64,000 bases of DNA from contig JADIIX010000008.1 in assembly GCA_027604505.1 (NCBI GenBank), positions 1 to 64,000 on the forward strand, written 5' to 3'. This stretch comes from Gonapodya sp. JEL0774. Taxonomy: Eukaryota. Positions within the stretch are counted from its first letter, which is position 1. Every line of letters begins with the position of its first letter. The notes beneath the pieces were generated by a model. That model searched no databases, was not told where the DNA came from, and saw only the letters and a program-made list of their open reading frames with translations. Made by a program: the position numbers and the translations under genes. Shown in pieces: positions 9,983-22,470 of this stretch.

Positions 9983-12900
9983 TCACCACACATCTTCTGC
10001 ATAGCGGCCTTTCGCCTTCAAGTCCTTAAACCAATTCTTAGATCCCTCCTCTCCCTGCCCACCGAATTGCTCTGCCAGTTGCTGCATTACAGCTTGCACA
10101 TCCTTTGCCATGTTTTTGGCCTCCCTAGACATCCGAATGGTGAAGAAGGAACGGAAGGATATTGGTAAACTTCAAATCCCTGAAGGTCCAGCATCAATCT
10201 ACAGAACCAGCTACGCACCCGCAAATGTACAAGTGGCCCTTCTTGTTCTCCAACAAATCCCACACCATAGCACCGTGTTCCAAGATTCGATGTTGAACGT
10301 ACACCTTCTGCTTGGTCTCACGCGAAAACGCCGTGATAACCTGAAGGTCAAATGATCGTGGTTCCCCGGGCGGGATACCCCCTTGAAGATTTTCACGCTC
10401 TCTCAGTTCAGAATTTCGCTTTAAGAGAAGCTCCCATTCTTCTTTGTAGAGGTAGTCCTGGTCGGATCGGCGGCAGCCATAAAATAGCACAGTTGGACCA
10501 ACTTGGAGACCTGTGGAAGGGGGTTTTGTCCTTCACACAATCATCGCCGCCATATATAGGTTCTTTAACTCACCTTTTTCTGCGTCGTAAACTCGATCTC
10601 GAACAAACCCCCTGAATGGCGCAACACCTGTGCCCGGCCCAACCATGACCACAGGAACTTTCGGGTCCTTCGGAAGCTTAAATGTACTTTTCCTGATATA
10701 CATGGGCAGGTGGAGTTTCGGAATGCCCATACGCTCGTGCTCCTTTTCCAGCACAGATAGCTGTGATGGGTCCCGCTGAACTTCCTGAATGCCTTCGTGA
10801 ACCCGTTGCACGAATCCTGTGGACAAACCCGTCCGAATACGGACCTTCTCCACTCCCAAAGGTTCATCACTGTTCGCTTTGGCCGGTACACCCTCTATTT
10901 GCTTTACGTATCTGCCCTGAATCGCGTACCGGACTACAACCACCGTCATTGCGACACGGTTGGGCTCGCGCTTGGAAGACGAAGAAATGGAATAAAAGCG
11001 GACTTGCGCCCGTGTGAAAATCTCCCCCAGGGCCACAGCAATTGGGAGATCGATGGATGGATAGTCGAGAAGCACATCTACCGGGGTCTTTTGTCCGCGC
11101 TGAATCCAGTCATGGTAGGCTTCTTGCTCGATAACAAGTTTCCACAGGTGTGCTTTCTCCGCATCGTCCTTCGCGAACTTCGCCATAATCTAGTATCCAT
11201 CAGCAAAGTCGAATATTCGTGAAGTTCTAGACAAACTTGCGTCGCTCTCCACCTACCTCAAGCTGCCACTGCTTACAGGGCTCCCTCAAGTCCACGTAAA
11301 ACGTCAGCGTGGCCCGTGCAGTCGACGGCACCGGGAACGGCGACTTTCCTCCTGCCTTTAGTGGCTTTAGCTCGTAAGCTCGGTCAAGATCCTCGTGTTT
11401 AATCTTCAGCGCCCTTATTGCACGAGCAACCTGACAGAAGACAACCATTGCGAATTAAAGTTCCCCGTTTCTTCGTGTGACCTTTGCCGCCCACGTTAAA
11501 CCAACCTCGTCGGGATCATTCTCGGCAAACAACCCCGCGTGATCTCCCGTCTCGTACACAATCCCGCTCTCTATAGGCACCTCAAGCTCCACATGCAAGC
11601 AGTTTCTCTCCACAGTGATGGTCCGTTCGGACTTTGCATCTTCACCCGAAGGGGTGGATCCGGGGGCGTCGTAGTTCCGCATGTACCGCTTCGTAAAATT
11701 GAGCTCAGAGAAGTCGATGGAGGCGGATGAGGGGAAGCTGGGGTCGTGTCAGGAGGATGCAGGTTGAGATGTGATAAATTGCAGTATTAGTCAGTATGGC
11801 ACCTCACCGGAAATCATCCAGACAATCAGTGAAAAGGTTCTTTGAAACAGCGACACCCGCGTAGTATGGGTGCTTTGCATCGAACATGAGCCCAGTGTCG
11901 CCACCTTGCTCGACAAAGGCCAACTTCCCAGTCGCTGTGTCCACCTTCCACTTTCTCGGCCCCTTTGATGTAATCTCTCCCTTGAAGAGCTCCACTGTTT
12001 CGTTACCCAATTGAATGAGTTGGAATATCGGCTCGTGAGCCTTGTCGAGAGATGGTGCAGACGAGACGGAGCCTTCCAAGTGGAAGAAGGAGATCATGTC
12101 GGTGAGGGCTTGGGGCTTCCACCGAAGGAAGTCTTCCTCGAGGCTAATAAGAGAGCGGTAGGATGTGTGGAATTTGACGATGAGATTCACTTCCGATCTT
12201 ACTTTTCACAGCCATCAATGACTGAAACAAAGGGTTTCGCCGCCGGTCCTCATGGCCATGCACACCAAACGCAGCCCAACCGACAGGGAACAATCATTTA
12301 CACATCGTTTTGATGTGGTGATTCAATCCCAATCGCAAACTCACCTTCCGTCATCGTCTCCTTCACCTCGCTTGGTGATCCTGTTAGCACCACCATGGAG
12401 CTCCAACTTCCTCTCCACACGTCGTCCAACCGCGTTGAAAAACTCGTACGTCTTGTTCCCAAGCGCGAACACGAAAAAATTGAGGTTCTTAAACCCTTGA
12501 TCCGGATCGGGCTCGTCCACCACCACTGCTCCGTCTTCACCGTCCAGCTCCGCGCCCATTCCTTTACCGATGAGCCAGTCATGGAACTCTACGGCATTGT
12601 CAGTAGGTTCGCCCTCGCCGTAGGTGGCCAAAAAGAAACCGACGAGGAGGTTCTTCCCCTCCGATTCACGGTCGGGCAAGTTCTTCAACTCCGTCATTTC
12701 GTATTCCTCGATGTCGCACACAACTGAGGGGACACCTAGGGCAGAAACCTCCTTGGAAACCCGATTAGCGAGGTCCTCGGCTGTACCGGTTTGGCTTCCA
12801 TAAAAGGCGATGAATGCGTTGTTGGAGGACTGGCATTTTGGTAAATCCCAGACAAATTATTGTGAATTGGGGAAATAATGCGAATGATATGGCAGCGGGA

Positions 12901-13548
12901 GGGAAAGGACGATTTGTTTGCGAGTGGGGAAAGGCGTCCGATGGGTTTGTGGATAATTGATCGGATGAATTCCACGCAATCCCGCAACCCATTGCAGTAG
13001 ACCGAATAGAAAATGGGAACAGAAAGAAGGGAACGAATTCAAACCATAAGCGTGTTAATCCCAAACTTCGAAGGGCCGCGACCACAGCTCGTTTGACGCA
13101 ACTGAATCAAAACGAGCTCATCCATGTTGAGTCACCGAATGCCACGCACCAGTTCCTCAAACTTGGCGAGAATCGAAGCTTTCTTTTTCTTCCTAAATTG
13201 GTATAGGCGAGTCCATGGTGAAGTAAACGGTAAAATTGTGGTGACAGATGTGATGCGTGCGATTGGATCGGCCGGCGGGACGGTTGGGCGGAGGAAACAT
13301 CAGCGACGAAATTTGACACCGCCGACTCCACAGACAACCCACGTTGACTTAGCTGTAGCAGATGGCGCGGCGGTTCCATTCGTCTTTGCCGTGGGTGCGG
13401 CGTTTGATGTTGAATACTTTGGAGGTGAAGTCGGTTGGGCACGACGAGAGGTGAAGTAGTAGACTGTGATCGCGAGCACCACGAGGAGGATGATGAGGTC
13501 TGATGTGCTGAGCCATGCACCGTCATCAGTGGGTGCGGTGTCCGTCAT
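9983..13548 (-). CDS. NCP1: NADPH-cytochrome P450 reductase, multi-exon
   Basis: N-terminal membrane anchor; FYGSQTGTAED, ATYGEGEPTDNA, LGNKTYEFFN, RFYSISSS, MVGPGTGVAPFRGF, FYGCRR; C-terminus GRYAEDVW*. Confidence 0.95.
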
Positions 13549-14242
13549 TGGAATTAGCTGGATGTGTACAGGAAAACGTGTGGGAGACTGTTGCAAGTGC
13601 GCGGAACCGGCTATACAAAAGTCACATGGACACAAAATCGCTGGACAATCCATTCCTCCGACCGATATCCACAGCTCCATTAATCCCATGGTCGTATCAG
13701 TTCCTGTTCTTTGAAGAAAAGAGTGCAACTTATTATTACAAATTACAATGCAACCTTTAGCCGTAGTGTCGTGTATTACTTCCGGCAATTCGGTGGTTCT
13801 CCCATTCCCCTCCGAGTCACTAGCTATACTCCATTTCCTGTCTGCAATTATTTGTACATGCTCCCTGCCTCAAGAGAACGTGTATGACCTGGACAATCGC
13901 AAACACAAGCTAGGTAAACGCACAGCCGACATTGATTTTTTGGATACGTAGCTTGTTTGCCATGCACCTGTGGGAATTGGTATCACATATAAGTGTTGAA
14001 GGCACAGTCTGGGCTAGTTCACGTCCCCCTGTGTCACACCAGTTGCTGCAAATCAGCTCGGATTCTTCGCCAGTTCGTGAGTTTCTTTGTGGAATCGATT
14101 GGAGCCCGTAGCATCATCTGCGACTGAACCTGCGAAAATAAACCTGGAATCTCGGTTTTGTTCGTCCTTTTGTGAATCAGTCTTCACCTCGGGATCAGGA
14201 CACCCCTTTCTTCGACGCATCCCACACCATCACATCTTTCCC

Positions 14243-15574
14243 ATGCCAGATGCCACAGAAGCATCTGCACCGCACCTCTCTCGCCGAGTGCGCCGCATCA
14301 AAATTCGGGTGTCGTGTTCGACGTCCAACCTTGGCCCCGGCTTCGACGTACTGGGCATGTCACTTTCCCTCTTCCTTGATGTCCACGCTTCGCTCCAGCT
14401 CGACCCAAAACCCGACCCGCTAGATCCCATCACAATTTCTTACTCGGGTGACTCTCCGCATACCGTGCCCCTCGAGGTTGACCGGAATCTCGTCACAAAG
14501 GTTGCTCTTTACGTCGCCGTAGCAAACGGTGCAATGCTGCCGCCGGGCCTTCATATCCATATCGACAATCCTATCCCTTTAGGTCGCGGGCTCGGTTCGT
14601 CTGGTGCAGCCGTTGTCGCCGGAGCACTCCTTGCCAACTCGGCGTGCTCGCTGGGCCTCTCTCGGGAACGCCTCCTTGACTACTGCCTCGCAATCGAGGG
14701 TCACCCTGACAATGTGACGGCATCATTAATGGGTGGATTTTGCGCTGGTTACCTCAGGCACAATATCGAGGATGTCATTCCTGACAACTTAGAACAGCTC
14801 GTTGTCCAGGCGTGGAGGGGAAAGAAGCGCCAGCCGTCACTACCGTCATCAGGCGCTCCTGTGACGGCGGTTGCTGCTTCCTCCCTTGCAGAAATGGCGT
14901 CCATCACATCACCCCACGCAACACCAGCAGACAATATTTCCGCTGTGGGGACAGAAGAAAATGGTTCCGCACTTTCCTCATCCTCGGCAACCACTTTCTC
15001 TTCCCTCTCCCTCAACCCCCCGACTAACCTTGGATCTCACCTCTGCCTCCCTCTCAACCCCTCCATCCGTGCCGTCGCATGTGTCCCAGCCTTCGAAGTC
15101 TCCACAAAACTCGCCCGCAAAGTTCTCCCCTCATCCTACTCTCGCCCTGATGTTGTATTCAATCTCCAGCGACTAGCCGTCCTCACTCACGCCCTGGGTG
15201 CAACACCAACCAATCCGCGCTGCATTTCCGAGTGCATGAAAGACCGCGTCCACCAACACTACAGACAACATCTTGTTCCTGGTCTTCCTGAAATCCTCCG
15301 TCTCACTCCAGAAGACGTGCCTGGTCTCCTCGGCATTTGTCAGTCGGGTGCGGGCCCTACTGTACTCGCGTTCGCGGATAAAAACTTTGAAGCGGTGGGA
15401 GAAGCGGTGTGCTCGATTTGGCGGAGACAAAAGGCGCCCGAAAAGGGAGCACCAAATGGAATAGAATGCAAGTGGATGTGTCTGGAAATTGTGGAGAAGC
15501 CGGCAGAGTGCGAGGTATCGGACGAGGTCGAAGGGCTAGAGAGTGTCCAGGCTGCACAAGTAGAAGTCCGGTGA
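14243..15574 (+). CDS. THR1: Homoserine kinase (GHMP kinase), intronless, with a low-complexity insertion
   Basis: STSNLGPGFDVLG, IPLGRGLGSSGAA, IEGHPDNV, DRVHQHYR, SGAGPT. Confidence 0.95.
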   Translation: MPDATEASAPHLSRRVRRIKIRVSCSTSNLGPGFDVLGMSLSLFLDVHASLQLDPKPDPLDPITISYSGDSPHTVPLEVDRNLVTKVALYVAVANGAMLPPGLHIHIDNPIPLGRGLGSSGAAVVAGALLANSACSLGLSRERLLDYCLAIEGHPDNVTASLMGGFCAGYLRHNIEDVIPDNLEQLVVQAWRGKKRQPSLPSSGAPVTAVAASSLAEMASITSPHATPADNISAVGTEENGSALSSSSATTFSSLSLNPPTNLGSHLCLPLNPSIRAVACVPAFEVSTKLARKVLPSSYSRPDVVFNLQRLAVLTHALGATPTNPRCISECMKDRVHQHYRQHLVPGLPEILRLTPEDVPGLLGICQSGAGPTVLAFADKNFEAVGEAVCSIWRRQKAPEKGAPNGIECKWMCLEIVEKPAECEVSDEVEGLESVQAAQVEVR

Positions 15575-16344
15575 GATACGACTGGTATGGTGAGGTACAT
15601 GTGATGAGTGGTTGTCGTTCCATCGCCACCACTAATGCGCTTCCACACTGGGGAGCACAACTTGGTGGGGGTGAGGAGGACGTGGGACAGCTGCCGCAGG
15701 ACCACTGGGAAGCTGCTTGAGGCCAGGTGATGGTAGCGTATGGTGTCTATGGGACTTGACTGATTAGAGTGTATGCTTCTTAAACGGCATTACATAAGGA
15801 GCCAACATAGGAGATACATTTACTCCAAACATGACTTCGAGTTTCTCGAGTCAGACCTGGCTTACCAATGAAGTTATGGCATTATGTTTGAGGATCTGTG
15901 CAGTAGTTCTCCAGGGGAGTGGAAATAATCTCTATCACCCTTCCCACTAAATTTCGTTCTTGATCAATGAAAACATCCTACTGAACAAGCCCCAATACAA
16001 TGTTCGTATTTGCTTTGACAGTGAGTGGCACTCACCACCAATATCTATGCGCTCCCCGAATGCGAAATCACTTCTCAATTCGGAGGGATGACAAACGATT
16101 CGCTGCAGATAATTTCAACAGTTTTTGACTATAAACTTGATATAGAGATGCGCAGGAACGGAGCGAAGCTCGAACAAAACTACACTAACCCTCCACCCAA
16201 ATACCACAGACGCTGGAAACAAGAAGAAATTGAGGCCCATACTGGTGGCATGTCACGTCACGGACATATAGATGCTACAAGGTCACAATCATTCCCCTGC
16301 GACCCCTCCATCTCCCAGTTCTCGGCCATTGCTCTATCACCACT

Positions 16345-18704
16345 CTAAGACTTTTTCCAGTTATACGGCAAGTTTGATCTTGCAAACCCATGCATCTCCA
16401 CAAACTCGTTGAGTCCTGCGGGGCCACGACTGCCGTATTCGTAAGGGAATGGTTTAATCTTCTCCTTTTCTAGTTGATGGAGGGCAGGCGTGAAAATCTT
16501 CCACGCAACTTCGAGCTCGTCTGTGCGGACAAAGTTCTGGTGATCTGCGGTAGGTTTAGCATGCGTAATGCACGGTCAGAGGGCGTGGCAAACACAAATT
16601 CATTGAGGTCACTTGGTTTCTGAGCCTGAAACTCACCTCCCCTCAACACATCCAGGATAAGTGCCTCGTAGGCCTCGGGAATCCTCTGATTTTGGTACCT
16701 CTTTGTGTAGTTGAGTTCCATCTCAGAGATGACTGGGTCCGCATTCAAACCGGGCTCTTTGTTCATGAACTTCATGTATACGGCTTCATCTGGTTGTACC
16801 CGGATTACAAGCTCGTTGCGAGCGATTTCGGGAAAGAGGGTGTTGCCCGCCACATCGTTGAACTGGATTCGGATCTCGACCTTGGCTTCATTAAGGGCTT
16901 TCCCGCACTTGAGGATAAAGGGAACGCCTGGAACGTCGCGTGAAGACGAGCACGAGATTTAGGTACGCGCACTTGCTGAACACAGACACAACCGAACCGC
17001 GCACCCACCATCCCATCGCTCATTGTTCACCCAAAACACGGCAGCAGCGAATGTCGGACAGACTGAATCAGGAGGAACAGTTTTATCGTCTTTATACCTG
17101 TGGTAAAGAATCATAAGAATTCGAGTTAATGACTCTCATAATCGAAAGCTACCCAAAACGCTTACCCAGGTTTCGTCCCGTCCGCAGATTTCACATACTG
17201 TCCGATAAGGATATCATCGATAGTGAGAGGGTTGATGTACTTGAGGACCCGAACCTTCATATGTAAAGGACATCCGGCGATGCAAATCAATCTTTGTCGA
17301 GTCATGCACCCCCTTTTTGCCTGTCTGCCTGGATTCCTTTGCACCACCAACAAAGCAGACCCAAAGCCTTACCTTCTCATCTCGCACGTCCTCTGCATTC
17401 AAGCTAACAGGCTTCTCCATTGCCACCAATGTAAGAACCTGCAGCAAGTGGTTCTGCATAACATCACGAATAATCCCAAACTCATCGAAGTATCCTCCTC
17501 GACCCTCGGTTCCAAACGGCTCCTTGAAGGTAATCTGAACGTTGGATATGTATTGCCGGTTCCATATAGAGCCCAAGAAGATGTTAGCGAAGCGTAGGAC
17601 AATAAGGTTCTTGACCATCTCCTTCCCGAGGTAGTGGTCAATGCGGTAAATCTGGCCAGAAATGGCGGCTGAGCAACCACACAGTCGAGAAACAAAACTA
17701 CCAGATCACCAGATATATCAACGTACCTCCTCCTCTTTCCAGAAGGCAAGTAGAGCTTGCCCAAGTTCATTTGAACTCTGGAGGTCCTTTCCAAACGGTT
17801 TCTCCACGACCACTCGATTCCATCCCGCGCTGGAGTACAAATTCTCCCTTAAACCTTTGGCGACAGGAATGAAAACTGAGGGAGGCAATGCCATGTAGAA
17901 GAGGCGGTTCTTCTTCCCAGATGCCTTTTCAAGCTTAGCAACCTCCTCGGCAAGGTGTTTGTAAGACTGCGAGAAAAATTCTGCCATTTTTAGCAATATA
18001 TCACTTATCCGCAAGAGTAGTCAAATGGATAGTACCTCATCCTTGTCGTATTGCCCGTCCACGTAGTGAAGCATACCTCTGAAAGTGTCTACCAAGGCTT
18101 TGTCCGCATCCGAGCTCGTCTTTATTTTGGATGTGACACGCTCCCGGAAATGGTCCTGATCCATCTTCGAACGGGCGTAGCCTACGATCTGAACATTGTG
18201 GGGAAGGAAGTGATGCTTGAGCAAGCCAAACAGGGCGGGAAAGGTTTTTTTGTAGGCAAGGTCACCACTGGCGCCAAGAACTAAGCGATGAATTCAGATT
18301 GGTGGTTAGTGGACATCTTACTGCAAAAATCGCCGAGGTCTTGCACAGTTCGGGGGTCCGGAGGTTTACGTAACCCGCCGCCCACACCGTCAGCTCTCGA
18401 TGTAATGTCCATTCCATACCAACCCACCAAGGATCGTTGTGTTATCAGTGATTGAACTGTATTCATCAGCTGGCTCAGCTACCTTGGGGACCGGAGCACC
18501 GGAGATGTGGTAATACGAAGGCTAGAGGTGGGGAAGCCAAACAAAATCAAAAGATGCAGGCTAAACAAGAGCGATCCACTGGATCATCACCCTTCGTGGG
18601 ACGTAATAGTTCCATTTGGACGATGGCGAAGGCGGAGGGGAGTAGTTTGATTGTGCTGCTACGTTCCCAGTTGCAATGCCTTCTGGGATCTTCGCCAATG
18701 ACAT
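16345..18704 (-). CDS. ZWF1: Glucose-6-phosphate 1-dehydrogenase, multi-exon (start codon approximate)
   Basis: [62 protein letters not shown]. Confidence 0.96.
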
Positions 18705-18910
18705 GGTTTCCAGCCGTCTGGAGAAGTAATTGCTTTCGTGTGGTTGTATTCAGTCGCGATGTAATCGTGCAAAGTGCACTTGAAGGTGGTGAGCTTCCTG
18801 ACGCGGGTCAAAGAATTGGTGAACTGGAATGTTGATAAACCTGCCGACGAAATTCACCAACCCTATTACGAAATTTCACGTTTTATTTTGACAACAATTA
18901 TTCTAAATTA

Positions 18911-20103
18911 TTATGCGCGGGTAGGTCGACATGGCTTGGGAATTGGCCGGTCCGAAGGTATGGGTTCATGAATCACTGTTCCAATGTACGGGTACTTTCC
19001 CCCCTCTTTCCCCTCTTTCTCGTAGAAGTCACCCCACTCCTTCAAACCCGATACTTCGTCTTCTGTAAGGCCACGGAGGTCATGAGTTAAGTGGCCGTCT
19101 TCGGGGTTGAAACAACCCGTTACGAAAGCACGAGCTGCATCCCTGCCCGCGAACATGTTGTACCCCTGCCCCTTCTGTGGGTGCGAAAGGGACACAAATT
19201 AATAACTTGTAGGACAACTCCTAATCTTAAATCTCCCAGAAGTCTGTGCTGCAAAATTTACCTTTCCGTATGTGTCCCTGTTGGAGCTAACATCGTAGAC
19301 CTTGCCCCTAATGAGAGCCAATAAACTCTATCAGCAAGAACAGTAAGGAAGGGGGCATCAACTTTTTCAATTCACCTGAAAGCTAAATAAACTGGTTTCT
19401 CCGGATCGCTCCCATCAAACTCTGCAAGTTCAGCTTCTGTGAATGTCTTGGGAGGTGGAAGAGGCTTCCGTGGAGCGGGCGTCTTCTTCTTTTGTGTCCC
19501 CGAAGGTGTTGACTTGGTAGTCTGCGCAACAGCAGTTTCCGTCACGGCTGAGATGCCTGGTTCACCCCTCCCTCTCACGCACGAAGTCATTGAGGTACTT
19601 ACCACTGCCGTGGCGTATTTGGTGAACTTCCCGTTCTTCCCGACAAAGCCATTCCTCGAGGGACTCAATGGGGATTTGATCTCGAAGGTGATCTCCCCCA
19701 GAATAAACCAGTAAAGCAGGACAATCAGAATGCAAGTGAATAGTGACCAGTAGATTACACCAAGAATCGCTTTCCATGGTTGCGGTATCTATCGTACCCG
19801 TACAATGCGTGTCAATTGCAATGAAGTGCAATTCAAATGATGGCAGCACCAGCAACAGATTAAACCCACCTTCGCAATTGCATCAAGAACCTTTCTTCGA
19901 AACGCTCCTGCTCCTTTAGGCGGCAGGTTCAAGTGAACGGGGTAGTCGGGGTTGCTCTGAGGAAGCTTGTCCCCTACTTTGGGGAACTTTTTGGCTTTCT
20001 GGTCATCAGAATCGGATTCCGCATTCGATGGTTCTTTCGTCGGCTCAGACGAATTGGAATTGCTCAAACCCTTGGTTGGCCGCTTTCGGAGTTCAGACGA
20101 CAT
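18911..20103 (-). CDS. Cytochrome b5-like heme/steroid-binding (MAPR, Dap1/neuferricin-like) protein
   Basis: FTEAELAEFDGSDPEKPVYLA, YNMFAGRDAARAFVTGCF, N-terminal TM segment. Confidence 0.88.
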
Positions 20104-20313
20104 AAAAGGGAAGTGCTTTGGAATTGTGGGATCTCTCCCCACCAAGCCAACTGCTGATCACATCTTCAATACGGACGTGTATTCTAGGACCTGTCACAAT
20201 AAAGAGTTTTATGTATTATCTTCGAGTCATTGACATACAATATATTGGTCGCTTGTCTGATCAGATGATAGTCACGGACGCAGGCTTCTCCCAGTTCAGC
20301 CTGGTCATGAATC

Positions 20314-21745
20314 TCAAATGAGAACAATGAAATTCTGACCTTCGGGAATTTCAAACAAATTTTCCTCCTCCTCGATTTCGACTGATGTCTCTGCCGAAAC
20401 GTGTGCCCCGAGGGACGTTCCTTCCTCGTTCTCATCGCTTGTGCAGTCCGATTTGTCCTCGTTCACTGTTTCGGTTTTCTTTTTTGACCGAGACCTACAA
20501 TTTAGGGGCGCGTCGGTGCTTGCAGGAATCGCGAGACCATAGCGTGAGAAACTTACAGTTCCAGCGCTTCCAGATAATCTGCCACAGAGCTGTAGCCAGC
20601 TGCAAGAGCAGTATGCTTTAGAATGCCTTGAAATCAGTAAAAGTGGAAACATACGGCTATCGTCAGAATGATACGAGAAATGCAGAAGATGGTCCTCACC
20701 AGTAGGTGCCTTCCCCTTCTTTCGCCGGCAGAAACTGCAGTTACAAATACCTTGACACTTCGGGCAATGCCAGTCGCCAGTAGCTATGGCGTCCGCGATG
20801 GTCTGCGAGGGATAAACTGTGGGTAACCACAACATCGATCACAACCGAATTCTGTGATCAAATACCTGTCCATACCTCCCTTTGAGACACTGCTCGTCCA
20901 CTGAAAGCGATTGTTAGTATGGGGCACGACAGGGTCCGAACTACGCCCACTCACACATGAGCGTGCACATGGATGTCACAGTCGTCCCATCGGCGTAGGT
21001 GTGCACAATCTTGTTCGTGCACTTAATCTAGAGAGAAGCAAGCTCATAATAAATGATCAGCTCGAGAAAATTACATGCACGAACTTTCGGGTCCATGGTC
21101 TTTTCTGAGAGTGTTCAGGCACACATATGAAAACAACTTTGGCAATCAGCCACAAAAGTTTTGACATCCTAAGACTCACGTCTGCACTGGTGGCAAGATT
21201 CGCCTTAGCCGTAAAAGACAGTTCGATTTGGGTTCGGGTTATTCTTAAAGTTCTGAGAACAGGATTGAATTTTCATTCACCGTTCACGCTGTCGTAGACC
21301 CTTCCACCCACAACACGAACTCCTAGATCAGAGCGCCTCCCTCCACTCTACCAAGAGGAAATGCGAATTCAATTCAACCATGACGAACGAGCAGAACACC
21401 TGGAACAACCGCTTGTGCAGACCTTCCGGGACTTCTTGAATTTCCCACCACCTTCTCTGTCCACTTCAAGGTCATCAATGACTTTTGGGATATCCTCCCA
21501 TTTGTACGACTTCCCCTTCTGACGATCGGACTGTCTCCTGGACAGTTCTTCCAGTGGGGTCCTTGGAGTGCGAGGTGCTCGAGGGGTGGACGGTGCCTTG
21601 TGAGGAGTACTCGGCGGCGTAAGTGGCAGAATGGGCTTGGGAGAAGAAATGGGGGTGTTGGATTGGTGCCAGCGAGGGTTCATCAAAGAGTTGGTGAGGG
21701 AACGAGACTGGAGAGGTGATTCGGCATGATTCGACCTACGTCCAA
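20314..21745 (-). CDS. zf-4CXXC_R1 zinc-finger (CDCA7-like) protein; both ends uncertain
   Basis: GGRVYDSVNG, CHQC, CLKGRY, WHCPKCQGICNCSFCRRKKGKAPTG. Confidence 0.8.
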
Positions 21746-22470
21746 CTTAGGAATCGCTAATAATGCAAGGAGAGCTCGATTTTGTGCGAGGCGCTCATTT
21801 CTGAGTCGCAGGTACTCGTTTTCGGCTGGACCAACGAGAAGGTGGATTGCATTAAAGAGAGATGGCAGGATTTCACCGGTCGGATCGTGAAGAGTGCCAC
21901 AAGGGAATCTCGAATCACGAAGTTGGATCTACGTACCGTCGTCCATCGGCCAGAAATTTGGGTTGCCAAGTGGGTCCTCAGAGTCAGGAACAAAGGTGGC
22001 ACAGATGGGTTCCAAACATCACTCCAAACCACGCTTGCCCAGGTCGTCCGCGATGTCGTTCGCCAATGCGAGGAACTTGTACAGGTTCGGACATCGCAGC
22101 AAACTTAGTCACAAAGCACGCAGAAAACTCTATTGTCGGGAATGCAGTCTCACCAGGTGGAAAATTGCAAATAGTTATTAGTACATACAAACCCATGCGA
22201 ACAAATTGAAGGGGCAAACAATGACCGGAAAACCCGGAAAAAGTAAGGCGGTACGGGATTTGTGTATAGTTAAGTATGCAACGACCAAACGTCGTTTTGG
22301 TCCAGCCTGCTTGTTGTAAGTTGAGGCCTCAGTCAAGTGAGGCTCGATTGCATGAAAGTGCATGACCGCATCGAGACAGCACAGAACCCTTTGGGTCAAA
22401 AAACCGCCATCAGCAGATGGGCATACTCGCCTCTGACACCCGGAGGCGAGCAGCGGAGAAGCCCCCACAG

